From Lama glama (taxonomy: Eukaryota), in the NCBI GenBank assembly GCA_028534125.1, contig CM052816.1, positions 81,098,001-81,162,000 of the forward strand: a stretch of 64,000 nt of DNA, given 5' to 3'. A program made the translations under genes and the position numbers. Shown here one piece after another: positions 38,299-49,906 of the stretch. How positions within the stretch are numbered: position 1 is the stretch's first letter; every line of letters begins with the position of its first letter. The notes below the pieces were generated by a model. That model searched no databases and was not told the DNA's origin. It saw only the letters and a program-made list of their open reading frames with translations.

Positions 38299-40142
38299 CT
38301 ATGTCGAGGCAAAAAAAAAAAAAAAAGAGAAACGAAGAAGAAAAGAAAGAAAAGAAAAGGAACACAAAAAGAAAACAAATACACAAACTGAAAGGTCAAA
38401 GTGATTTGTTTCCAAAGGAGGCACAGGTGGGGCTCCCCTCTCCTTCACACGACTGTAAACAGTGTGTTTCTGAGGACTGTAGATCAAGATTTGCAGTTGC
38501 CAATGGTGCTCTGAAGATGAGCCTAATTTAGGGAAAACTGGCTCCCCATGGCAGGGAAACTTCATACAGAAAGCAAGAATCTCGGAATTCAGGTCTTCTC
38601 CCATGCTCATCGGAGAGGGTGCTGCTCCACCCTTCTGCCACGAGGTCAGCCGTTTGTCAGGCCCAAGTGACTTTCAGGGACGTGTGAGATCAGAACGAGT
38701 CTTATACTCAGGCTAAGCATATGTGCAGCCCACGCCACCCACTTAGCTTGGCCAATAATTCAAGCATTGAAGAGCATCTTTAGGAACTTCCCATTTCACC
38801 CTCCTCTGGTTGGAAGACTATTCCCCATCCTGACTTCCAGGCTTACACTCTCCTCCCTGATGAATTTACTTTAATTTCACCCCCACTTCCAGGCTGACCT
38901 CCTCAGTTGGTTCCCTTGGCCCCTGAAAAAATAATATTCTTTACGGCTCAGTGTGAGGTTCACCCGCAGTTTCTGGTTTAAACGACTGTTTCATCAGCTA
39001 CCAGAGTTCTGATCTAGAAGTATCTTCACACCCAGGCTCTCAGGCTTCAGTTCTGCTCCTGGGGGGCCTGTGACCTCCCCTCCCCACTCTCTCCTGAAGT
39101 GCCCAGCAAGCACTCACAGGCTATTTGATATCCGAGTAAAAGACTCCTAGATCATCACCAAAATCGAACAGTCACTGGCACATCCTGAGCACTTGCCAAG
39201 TACTTGATGCACCTTCACCCCCGAATCCCCACAACAACCCCATCTAGCATAGACTATAACGATCCACCCTTAACAGAGGGGGAGACTCGCATATACATCA
39301 AATCCAGCCCATCAAAGGGTGAAAAAATAGTGCTTTAAATGTAGCAAGGGCCAGGTGCTGCTGGCTCGGCCCCTCCCACAGAGGCCAGGTATGTGAGAAT
39401 TGCGAGAAAAACAGCTAGTCCCTTGTGCTGGGACACATGAAATGTTACAGGAACATCAACCCTGGGTCGGAGCCATCAGAGAAGCACATAGGTAGTGCCA
39501 TTATTGGACCTGAAACACTGCATATTTGTATAATCTTTATATATTTATCATGTAAAGTTTCGATAGTACTTCTCTCAGTTCCAACTTCTTTGATACTCAC
39601 AAGAATCGTGTGAGATCGGCAAGTAAGAGATTATGATTCCCTCATGACAGCCAAGGAAGCTGAGGAAGCGAGCTCGCACCCCAGACAGTGTCAGAGACTC
39701 ATTTAGTGTCCTGGGCACTGTCTTCTCTTCCTGATGCAATCCTGAAACTCCATCATCTTCTGAGATACTAATGCATGTCCAGTTTGTAATCACCACCCAC
39801 CAAAAAAAATTTTTTTTTCAAATTTTAAGGGAGGAAATAAATACACAATTTCACTTTACATCTCTTATCCGACCCCTGTCCTGCTTCTCAGGACTGAGGT
39901 GTGAGTCTTGGCCACTTGAAAAGCAGGATCTCCCCACTTAGGATAAACATGGAGCCATTTCCTGAAGTCTTTCCTGGTACCCTCAACCAGAAGGAAGCCC
40001 CCCCCTTGGAAACTCCCAGTGTTCAGCTCATTGGTATTTGGAGGTTGCTCTGGGGACAGCAGTTGGGACATCAGGACAGACACATTCCTTGGAATCTCAA
40101 CAGGCAGAAGGAGCAGCTGGGGCAGAAGTCCCGTGTGCTTAC

Positions 40143-40237
40143 CTCCTGGGTGCCCACTTCCGTGTCGGTCATGGCGATCACGGAGAAATCCCCGTACCGG
40201 TCTCCGTTGGCATCTATGGACACCTGCCCAGCAATAC
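40143..40237 (-). CDS. NPR3: NPR3 coding exon (exon 5, 95 bp): (G)[31 protein letters not shown]
   Basis: The translation lies in ORF 40071..40304. Acceptor is ctctag|GTATTG and donor is GAG|gtaagc. Phase 1 in and phase 0 out, consistent with the neighbouring exons. Confidence 0.97.
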
Positions 40238-40794
40238 CTAGAGGATGAGATGTGAAGAACTCCAGTTGGTTCCTTAAAATACCTCCATCCGCCAACAAAA
40301 ACAAGAAAATGAATTGACAGGATTTTTTTAAACAAACTCATGCCACAGGGAATCTCATCAGACTCGGAGCATTTTTGTTGGCATTTGGAAAGACATTGTA
40401 ATTTCATCTGTGTCTGCATTCCTAAATTCTTAACATTTCTCCACTTGAAAATGAAAAGAAAAAGAAACAAATGACCTTCTTTGCAGAATATGCTAAAGAA
40501 AAAAAGAAAAGATTAACGTTAATCCTGAAAGCAGTATGCTTATGCCAGAGTTTTGTATTAATTAAGAAAAAATTAGAGTGAGAAATGGAGGTGTAGCTCA
40601 TTCCTAGACTTCTCATGGGTTCACATTATCATTGGACAAACCTTATAATAGAAAACCCATGCCAGGCCCGGGACTCAATGAATGTGTTTTCCCTATGGGC
40701 TCCTTGGACGCACCAGAGGGCAGAGGGCCTGCTTCCCAGGTCGCAGGAGTCTTCTCTCTCTTAGGTTCATTCATTCATTGTTGCTTTTGGGGTT

Positions 40795-40935
40795 TGGGTT
40801 TTCTTTTCCAGCTACACTGAGATATAACTGACACGCATCACTGTACGGGGTTCCAGTGTGCAGCATAAAGCTTTGACTTGCAGTTACTGTGAAGTGAGTT
40901 TAGTTGCCGCGCATCATCTCACAGGCATACGATAA
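40795..40935 (-). mobile_element. Short old LINE-1 3' tail (L1MA9-like) with TSD
   Basis: TTTTCCAGCTACACTGAGATATAACTGACA...CATCATCTCACAG, flanked by TCATTCATTGTT (about 40771) and TCATTCGTTGTT (about 40938). Confidence 0.6.
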
Positions 40936-41049
40936 ATCATTCGTTGTTTATCCAGCAATTACTAGAGGCTGAATTTAATGCAGCAGCTGAGGCAAAGATG
41001 AACTGGACACAGTGTCTGCTCAGAAGAGGGGCGCCTGGACTAGCGATTT

Positions 41050-41245
41050 AATCTCATTGGCACTGAAATCCAACGGCCCGCATCTGAATCCCAGATTTCA
41101 CATTCAGGAGCTCTGTGCCCCTGGGCGGGGATTTAGCCCTCTGAGCCTCAGTCTCCAGGACTATAGACGAGGCATCCCAGTACTTCCCTGCCAAGGGGCT
41201 GCTGAAGAGATTAAGTGAGCTGAGACAGGTAAAGTACTTTAAGAG
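41050..41245 (+). mobile_element. MIR SINE (GC-shifted)
   Basis: CTGAATCCCAG...CTCTGAGCCTCAGTCTCC...GCTGCTGAAGAGATTAAGTGAG...GTAAAGTACTT. Confidence 0.65.
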
Positions 41246-41687
41246 AAGTCAGTTGTTTTCTTCTTTTGTTATTACTTCTATTGCTATGCCAGGCATCTGG
41301 GAGAGGACATCTGACCGTGCCCAGGCCACTCGGAGGAGGAGGAGCTGGCACATCTAGGTGGGGACTCCGGGAGGCCTCGGTGAAAGAGCAGGTCTTTGAT
41401 AGGAATGCTGGTGAAGCCTACGATTTGGACAAACAGCCATCAGAGTGTGGGAGTACCCTCAGCAGAAAGGGAGTCTTGCTTGCACTTACAAAGGCTGAAA
41501 GGAACCAAAGGGATGATGAGGTTTGGGGGGAAGTCACCCGCGTGTCTGGAAGAGAGCCGTGAGATGTAAGGGTGGAATGGCTGGAACGAAGTGGCCAGAG
41601 CATGGGGAGCCTTGAGTGTCACTCAGAGGGTTTGCATTTGTTGTGGCTGCAATGGTGGCTTACAGCAGCTAACTGATAAAAGCAAAT

Positions 41688-41745
41688 TTTATATTTATAT
41701 ATATATATTTATATATAAATAAATATATATTTTTATATATATATT
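41688..41745. repeat. AT-only low-complexity, (TA)n-rich tract
   Basis: About 58 bp of only A and T, largely alternating. Confidence 0.9.
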
Positions 41746-43764
41746 TCATTACTTGATATTAAATATGTTTTCATTGTAATTTTCATTAAGTAAGAGAATG
41801 CCTATGTCAGCCACATTCGAATTATTTGTTTTCTTTCATTTTTAACTGTGGCAGAGTTCAGTGTAATTCGTAACTGGCACTTCTATTGGCTTGGTTCTCT
41901 CCAGAAGCAAAACAAATGTCTGGGAAAAGGGATCCCAGGGGAAAGTTCCATCCTCTAGTGTGGTCTGGGGAGAGCAAGTATGTGGGTTTACTGTCCTTTG
42001 GGCTGTGGTTTGAAGGCCCACTGATTTTTTCAGACCTTGGTCTACTTTGCCGGAAACAGAATGGAGCAACTATTCATCTTGATTTTTTTCTTTTGTCTTC
42101 TTAATATAGACTGGTTACAAAGGAGACACCTATCTCAAGCTGGATTATCCTTGACACCCAATACAACTTTCAAGTAATAAATGCCATTTTTCAAAAAATA
42201 TATATGTTTACCTCCAAACACATGAGCTGCCCAAAACCATCTGCCGTTCTGTTCAGAGGTGTTTATGACGATGTGTTCCGCTAAGTGTTTTGCAGAGTAT
42301 TTTATAAGACAAGGTGGCCCTCGTAATCCAAGACCTCATTACACTTGAAGCTATTACAATTCTGCCAAGAAATGGGGTGTGAACCCTGAGGGTGGCCGAT
42401 TAGCAAGTGAGACTTCACCTGAGAGTGCTGTACCTGAGGTGAGACTGTCGGGCTGACAGCAGAATTTTCCTGTACTTAAGTGATGAGACTTTCCACCCTC
42501 ATTTCCACTGGCCTGTCGTGGAGCTCAAGGTTTGAGCTGCACCCCTCTGACCTCTCACACATACAGAAAATTCAGCTTCTTCCCAGGCCATTTATTGAAA
42601 GCCTTGAAAGTCAGTCGTAGGTTACACAGTAATAAAATCCAAATTTGTCAGATAACATCCAGAGTACTTTCCCTTGACAACTTAATGGTCACTTTTAGTG
42701 ACTATTAAAATTTAAATTGTTTTTAATTATAGAAAGGTTAGGTTTTTTTTTTTTAAATAGTTCTTTGCGGGGGCTGCCCTCAGATTGATCATTGTTTAGC
42801 AAATAAAATGGACTCTCCAAACCATTCAAGGCCAAAACTTACCTTGGCTTCAGTTATCTTTCCATTTGGACAAATGAGGTTCTAAGTTTAGACTGAACTG
42901 TACAATTGACTGTTTGGGGACTCACTTCATAGTGCCTGTGTAGACCCGGCCCTAGAATTGAAGTGTCAGGTTGGCCTACGGGAAAATGCAGTCCATGCCC
43001 TCTAAATGAAACTGAGTTCCAGCCACTGTGGGCACCTGCCCTTCCCTTAACAACCTCCCTCAGAAGACCAAGAGCAAATGACCACACCACGCAGTGAGGG
43101 CCAGCTAAGGACGGGATGTGGCCCACCAAGATTGTGTCCACACACGTCGGTTTCTCGGTGTATTGAGCACAATTTCTGGGAAACTTGACGCTGTCCTAAT
43201 ATGCCCCTGAACTAGTCTGTTTGAGTCCAGTGTCTCTGCAGAAGCAGTCAGAGGTTGAGCAAGACAATCCTGGAGGCTTCTTTTATTTGTTCTCAGTCTA
43301 CAATCTGTCTAAAGTTAGAGCAGAGGTCACTCCAGTTTTGAGTAAGATGTGGCATCCACTAAAACCACCAAGAAGAAATGAAATCCACCAGTTGTCACCA
43401 CCATATCTGCTACCCAGACAATTCTAGCTGGAGCCTGACCCCTCTGTACTGTCCTACCCTTTCTAACAACGAAGGGGAAGATGTGATGGAGTGGATGGGA
43501 GTCCCAAGTGAAAAATATGTGCCCCAAATCTAGACTTGGATATCTAAAGAAAGGCATTGCCCCCAGGGCATTAAAGGGCTCAAAGGAAGAGTTAGCTTGA
43601 TGCAGAATTTAAAAAGCCTGTGTCAGTCATCAACTGGTCCAACCCCTTGAGCACAGGTGATGACGTAGAAGCCCAGAGGACTGAGTTACAGCCAGGGGCA
43701 GGGATGCATGTTCTCTGACCCCTGGTCATGACCTGTATGGTCAGTGGTTCTCAAGTGACACCCC

Positions 43765-44410
43765 TTAGCACACTACAGTTTATTCTCCACCTAGCCCCCA
43801 TAAGGACCCCTTTTAAGGACTCAAGACAGATCCTGTCTCTCGAAATTCTCCAGTGGCTTTCCATCTCACTCAAGAAGGAACCCAAAGTCCTCAAGGCAGC
43901 TCCCAGGTCCACAGGCTCTGGCCCCCACTCCCTCCCTGACTTTGGCTCATATCGCACTGCGACTCACAAGCCTGGCCTCGGCCACACAGGCCCCCTCGGT
44001 CTCCCGGGGGTGCTCAGTGCTTTCCCACCAGATATGCCCAAGCTCTCTGCATTTGCTGCTGCCTCTGGAATATTCTCTCCTAAACATCTATGTAATTCCT
44101 TTCACTTCCCTCAGGTCTCTACTCAACTGCCCCTTATCAGAGAGCCCTCCCCAGACCCTTCTATTTAAGTCAGCAGTCCCACCACACCTTTCCCATCACT
44201 TTCTATCTCCTCATCCTGCTTTACTTTATATCCCCTGGAGTGGTGTATTTATTCGTTCATCTCCAATTCCCCCCACCACTACAGTAGCTCGGAAGCTCAG
44301 CTGATTGCAGGAGATGTCTTGAGTTCACTGCTGAGTATTCAGCACCTTGACAAGTGCCTGGAAGTAGCAAGTGCTTGGGAAGATTTGATGAATGAATGAA
44401 TGAATGAGTG
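43765..44410 (+). mobile_element. LINE-2 3' end
   Basis: CTCCAGTGGCTTTCCATCTCACTC...CCCAAAGTCCTC...TTTGCTGCTGCCTCTGGAA...CAGCACCTTGACAAGTGCCTGG, ending in the L2 (AATG)n tail at about 44390-44410. Confidence 0.8.
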
Positions 44411-44489
44411 AATATGAAGAGCTCCAGCAGCTGGAACATCTCATACTGAGTCTCATGTTAATTTTTTTTTTTTGATTGATGGTGAGTTG

Positions 44490-45390
44490 GGAGGAAACCA
44501 GCACTCTACACACTGTTGGCATGAATATGCACTAGCAGACCTTTCTGGAGGATATCGGGCAATATCTAATGCACTTTAAAAGGCACCGACATACTTTTGG
44601 ACCCAGATATCCCATGACTAAGAATGTTCCCTATTGGAAATAGACTCGTGAATATAGAAAACAAACTATGGTTACCAAAGGAGAAAGGGAGGGAGGGATA
44701 AATTAGGAGTTTGGGATTAACAGATACACACTAATATGTATAAAACAGATAAACAACAAGGACCTATTGTATAGCACAGGGAACTATATTCAAGTTCTTG
44801 TAATAAGAAAATTGATTGACTGTACACATTAGATTTGTGTACTTTTCATGTCTATGTTATACTTCAATAAAAAGGTTTTAAAAATGGAAAAAAAAAAAAG
44901 AATGTTCCCTGTTGGAAGTACTCACAAAAATTCATCAAGATATGTAAGGTACTCCTGGTAGCATTTTGCATAATTACAAAAACTGTGAACAACTGAAGTG
45001 TCCATGAATCAGAGGCTCCTTAAAGAAATTCTTGTACAGCCAAACAGTGGGAAAATATGGAACTGTCATTTTAAAATGTGCTGAATCTATGAGTGCCCAT
45101 ATGGAAAATTCTTCTACTTGACATGCAAGTGAAACAGCTAAGATGAAGAATGGCATTCATACTATGATCCTTTTGTGTAAATTTTTTAGATAAGATATAC
45201 AATTGCATATGTGCTGGCAGAAGGCACCAAATATTTTTAGACTGAATCATAGAAAATTGTTAATAGCGATTACATTGGGGAGAGGGGACTAGGGTGGGAA
45301 GGAAAACTTTCACTTTTCATTTTGTACATTTTTGTATGGTTTAAATTTTCCAGCCAAGAATTGGCTCATTCTTGTACAGTTTTTAAATGT
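44490..45390 (+). mobile_element. Old LINE-1 (L1ME-like) 3' region, interrupted by a younger insertion at 44640-44897
   Basis: Degenerate L1 ORF2/3'UTR motifs (CACTCTACACACTGTTGG, TTTGGACCCAGATATCCCA, GAACAACTGAAGTGTCCAT) continue across the insertion. Confidence 0.6.
44640..44897 (+). mobile_element. Young 5'-truncated, apparently chimeric LINE-1 insertion with poly-A and 20-bp TSD
   Basis: 44641-44806 is homologous to the L1 at 46920-47082. Poly-A lies at 44888-44899. The TSD AAGAATGTTCCCT(A/G)TTGGAA is at 44620-44639 and 44898-44917. Confidence 0.85.
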
Positions 45391-45924
45391 CAACAGAGGT
45401 TGCTTGAGTGATGAGATGATGGGCCATTTTCTGATTGTTCTTATACTTCTCTGTTTGTAAGAAAGCAACAGCTAATATTCACTATTTTCAAAATAAAATA
45501 AAATAAAAGCAGGGAATTCAGTTGGACCTGCTCACCATCTCAAACCACCCAGTTTTGAACAGAAGAATGTATATCTGGGTGTATTTCTTTTCAAAACTGA
45601 TCCCAGAACTCCTCACAAAATGATTATGTGTGGTGAATGAGGCTTGTGAAAAATTTAATTTTAAGAAGCATGGAGTCATTCATTACCTGGCAATCAGAAG
45701 GAGACGGGGCACTTCCAATCTCAGTGAGGCTTTTTCAAAGCACTTTCGCAAGCTTTATCTCATTGAATTTTCACAACAAGCCAGTGAAGTGGGTTGACCT
45801 GGACTTATTATCCTTATTTTATAGCTGAGAAAAGCAAGATACTGGCAAGTCCCACCGTTATAAGAGAGAAAAACAGAACCAGGAAAGAAGCAGCTTGATG
45901 CTGCCTTGGAGACTGAAGCCTCAC

Positions 45925-46060
45925 CTTCAAATGTTCTGTTCCAAGTCTGCTGGATAATTTTCCCTCCATCCTTCTTGCTGTAACCAGCTCTGAGCACTTC
46001 ATGTAAAGCCAGGACGTAGAGGAGGATGGCATCATGGAATCCTTCAACAAACATGTTAAC
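45925..46060 (-). CDS. NPR3: NPR3 coding exon (exon 4 of the known structure, 136 bp): [45 protein letters not shown](G)
   Basis: The translation (ORF 45755..46141) matches the NPR-C ectodomain as I recall it. Minus-strand acceptor is tttccag|GTTAAC and donor is GAAG|gtgagg. CTCAC branch-point-like motifs lie about 20-27 nt upstream. Starts in phase 0, ends in phase 1. Confidence 0.97.
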
Positions 46061-46100
46061 CTGGAAAGGAAAGCCCAGGTGAGTGAGCCCACGCACCAGG

Positions 46101-46155
46101 TGACTCACATTCAGGAATCGCGACTCACATTCAGGAATCATGACTCACATTCAGG
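46101..46155. repeat. 20-bp tandem repeat, about 2.75 copies (TGACTCACATTCAGGAATCR), 40-95 nt upstream of the exon 4 acceptor
   Basis: Units start at 46101, 46121 and 46141. Confidence 0.9.
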
Positions 46156-46521
46156 GCAAAAGAGTCCGACTCAAGGCTGCAGGCAGTGGCAGAGGTGTGC
46201 AGGAGTAGCTAACAAGTACCACGCCACAGGTTTCCTGGGACCAGCTTAGTCAGGAAACCCTTTCCCCCACTTGGGATTCTGGAGAGCAGACAAGATGTCA
46301 CAGAAGTCAAGAAAATTGTACCTGTGGGCCAGGTTACTATTCCAGGTGCAACAGCCTTTGCCCACAGTGCCCTCTGCACACTTGCCCTCCTTCTTCCCCA
46401 CAGCTGCTCTCTACCTCAAGCCAGCTTGAGTCCAGCCTCCCCCTTGAGGTCTCCTCCACCTTCACCAGCCCCTGTGATGTCTCCACACTCTGCACATGGA
46501 ACAAAACTAAAAGAACAGTAG

Positions 46522-47216
46522 GAGTCGCTATACTGTTTTCTGTAGTGGCTGCACAAATTGCAGACTTACCATAGGATCCGGCCATCCCACTCCTGCGCAG
46601 GTATCTGGAAAAAACTCCAATTCAAAAAGATACATGCACCCCAATGTTCACAGCAGCACTATTTACAAATAGCCAACACATGGAAGCAACCTAAATGTCC
46701 ATCGGCAGATGAATGGATAAAGAAGATGTGGTGTATACATACGAAGGAATTCTACCCAGCTATTAAAAAAGAATGAAGTAGTGCCATTTGCAGCAACATG
46801 GATGGACCTAGGGATGATCCTACTAAGCGAGTCAGACAAAGACAACTATCATCATATGATACCACTTATATGTGGCATCTAAAAAACTGATACAAATGAA
46901 TTTATATTCAAAAGAGAAAGAGACTCACATAGAAAACGAATTTATGGTTACCAAAGGCCAAAGGAGGGGGTGGATAAATTAAAAGTTTGGGATTAGCAGA
47001 TACAAACTACTATATATAAAACAGATAAACAACAAGGTCCTAATGTACAGCACAGGGAACTATAGTCAATACCTTGTAATAACATATAATGAAAAGGAAT
47101 ATGAAAAAGTATATATATAGTGTATAACTGAATCACCATGCTGTACAACAGAAACTAACACAACATTGTAAATGAACTATACTTTGATATGAATTAATTA
47201 AGCTAAGAAAAAAAAG
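46522..47216 (+). mobile_element. Cetartiodactyl-type LINE-1, 5'-truncated, with a short 5' inversion and 12-bp TSD
   Basis: ORF 46558..46776 contains the ORF2 C-terminal motif TWKQPKCPSADEWIKKMW. The full 3'UTR and A-tail follow. The TSD AAAGAACAGTAG is at 46510-46521 and 47217-47228. Confidence 0.92.
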
Positions 47217-47984
47217 AAAGAACAGTAGAGATCCACACAGTCATATTCAGATACTACTGGGTGCCCAGCAGAGCGCTGAGGGTGCAAAGGCGTGGGCACC
47301 GCCACTCCTGCCTGCCCGGCATTCATGTCCTCTCTTCTACCAGCGTTAACATCTCAGTTTCTCTTTCCAATTTGTGTTCTGAGGAGTTCCAGTGCATCTG
47401 GCCACTCCCTACCTCCAGTCCCTGCCAAGCTCCAAGGACAAGAATGGAGACAGGCCGTTGGCTTATCTCAGTTGAGTCATTCAGAAACACACAACTTCAC
47501 GTGAAATCGGAGAAGTCATTTAATCTCTCTGATCCTTGTTTCCTTCTATGAGCACCATTTGGCATGTTCTGATACCACATTTCAACCCATTGTAACATTC
47601 ACTGAACACGAAATGGGCAAATACAATCTTGAAACACTTAGTGGCTTACAAATTCTGTTCAAGTGTACCCCAAAATTCAAGCCTTCTGATTTCAAGTGTC
47701 AAGAATGGAATTCCACGCAGCAGAATGGATTGGGCAGCCCACGGACAACCTCAGGGAGGCATTGTGAGGGGTATTTCTGCCCCAGCCCTAGAAAGAGACC
47801 CCGGAGAGAGAGAGCCACCCGGCTCTGCACCATCTGGTCCAAATACACAAGCGGCCACAGAAGACAGTGCTCAGTGTCTGGTTCTTCTTGGCCTGGTCCC
47901 ACCATGAAGGACAGTCAGTCCTGTTTGCATCACAGAAGCAAATACTTCAGAATTGCCAAAGCCTCGTGCTAAGAGGTCGGCTAG

Positions 47985-48175
47985 AATACAGTCAAAGAGC
48001 CTGGGCTCGCGACCCAGCTCTGCCGCTCCCTGGCTGGGTTTCTACACCACTCTGGGTCTCAGTTTTCCCCATCTGGAAAATGAGGAAAATGGTAGTACCT
48101 ATCTCAAGGGGTTGCCATTATGTTTAAGTGAATTAATAAATGTAAAATATGTAACAGTCAGTGCTCGCTGTCAGC
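47985..48175 (+). mobile_element. MIR SINE
   Basis: CCCAGCTCTGCC...CTCTGGGTCTCAGTTTTCCCCATCTGGAAAATGAGGAAAATGGTAGTACCTATCTCA. Confidence 0.75.
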
Positions 48176-48819
48176 TTTTGTTGTTATTGTCTAACAGAGA
48201 ATTATAAACCTGAGCATCTGCTTAGCTTCTAATTCCTAACGGCAGTGTTCAGAAAACAAGTGATCTGCTTACTGGTACAGCATAGCTCACTGACCCACTT
48301 CACGCTTAATGGAAAATAAGACTCCTCGTTCATGCTTTGATCTCCCATACAGTTCTCTTCCACAGTGTCACGTCCGTCATTCCACCCAACTATGATGGGT
48401 GCAGCCCAAGCTGGTCAAGTCCACTGGGACAGGAGGAGGACGGAAAAGTGCTGGTTCACAGGGGAGTCTGAGTTCACTGCTAGACCCCAAGTCTAATCCT
48501 AGCCCTGATACGCTACGTAATCTCTCTAATCTCCAACTCCCTTATAGGCTGAGCGGGACTTTAGTGCCCACTCATCTCCTAGAGCTCTTCTGGGGATTAA
48601 ATAAACACTTGCATGTAAAGCATCTCAGACAGTTCTGGGGCCCATAAAAGCGAATGGTGGACACCGGCTCTTACCCTTCGCCATCAAGCTCAGAGTCATT
48701 ATTTTTTAGGCAAAACAGAATGGTGTAGAAATAACATCTACCAGTCAAAGATAATTTGCTGCTGATTTGGCTCTGCTCATTCAGTTTTCCAAAGAAATAT
48801 GAAAGTTTCACGTAAGCCA

Positions 48820-48827
48820 TGACGTCA
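48820..48827. promoter_or_regulatory. Perfect CRE/ATF site TGACGTCA (intronic, function unverified)
   Basis: Sequence match only, embedded in a larger inverted repeat. Confidence 0.35.
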
Positions 48828-49906
48828 TCATGGCTTGAGAAAGTACTATGAGGAGTCAGTGAGTTTTAATGAGTGGGCTTCAGCTGTGCAACTTAATCCT
48901 CAGACCACAGTAAAGACACTTTTTTCCCAAAGGATCTGTCTTCTCTTTGATAACTGTATAAAACCCACCCTGCTGCAGAGGGAAGAACCACAGAATGGTG
49001 GAACGTGGGATGTGTCAGATGCCTTTGAAAAGCTCTGGTCTAATCCAGCCCTTGCATTGAGGACAAGAGCATCACTCTTCCTCAGTCTTCCTGCATTTTG
49101 TAAAGGAGTGTTGTTCTGTCTATACTTCCCGTTCCTGGGGAGCCTAAGACAGCCCCTACTTAGCTCATGACATCATCTGTCCACTTCTCTCCCTCCTCCT
49201 CCTCCAAATCCTAACCCAGGACCACCATGCTGCCATTGGCCACCCAAAGCCCTGGAGATGTACCCCAGTACCAGCCTTAACCTGGCCCTTCTCCTTCCTT
49301 CTTGATATGCCCCCTAACCCTCTACCATCCAGGATGGGAAGAACAATTACTTGACTGAAGGAAACATGAACTTGGATTACTTTTGATCTCATGGGTTTAA
49401 TGGTAGAAGAGAATGCACAGGCTCTAAACACATGCCCAGGTCTGAAAACTCATCTGCAACTCATCTGCAAATGAATCACAAAATTGCCCTTCTCTCCTCT
49501 CAGAGTCCCTGAGTGTCTCCCTCTCCTGCCAAAATTAGCAGGCGAGCTGCCAGCTCCCACCGAGGTTCACTAGCACCCCAGCCTGCTGTGGGGGTGGCTT
49601 CATAACACCTATCTCATAGCACCTCAAGCCAGAAGCAAAACCCCAGAGACCGTCTTTTCCCGAGGAGAACATTCTTACACCTACACGTGTTTTTTAATGG
49701 GAGGAAAGCCCGTTAGCACATTATACACTGAAAATTAGAGGTGCAAATTTAAAAAAAAAAAAAGAGAGAGAGAGAGAAATCAATCCAGAGTATTAAGTTG
49801 CCTTTGGAACACTTTCCACTGGACCTCCGGGCTGAAAGGAACCAGGTCATCTGGTCCGTCGCCCTGCCTCTTTACAGAACAACACTTGGACCGCAAAGTC
49901 CTGACC

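Noticed and set aside
39865..40470. Longest ORF in the track (201 aa, minus strand)
   Set aside because: It overlaps NPR3 exon 5 in a different frame, the rest is intronic, and it resembles no protein I recognise.
46101..46155. Regularly spaced direct repeats superficially like a CRISPR array
   Set aside because: The units are head-to-tail with no unique spacers, in a eukaryotic intron with no cas genes.
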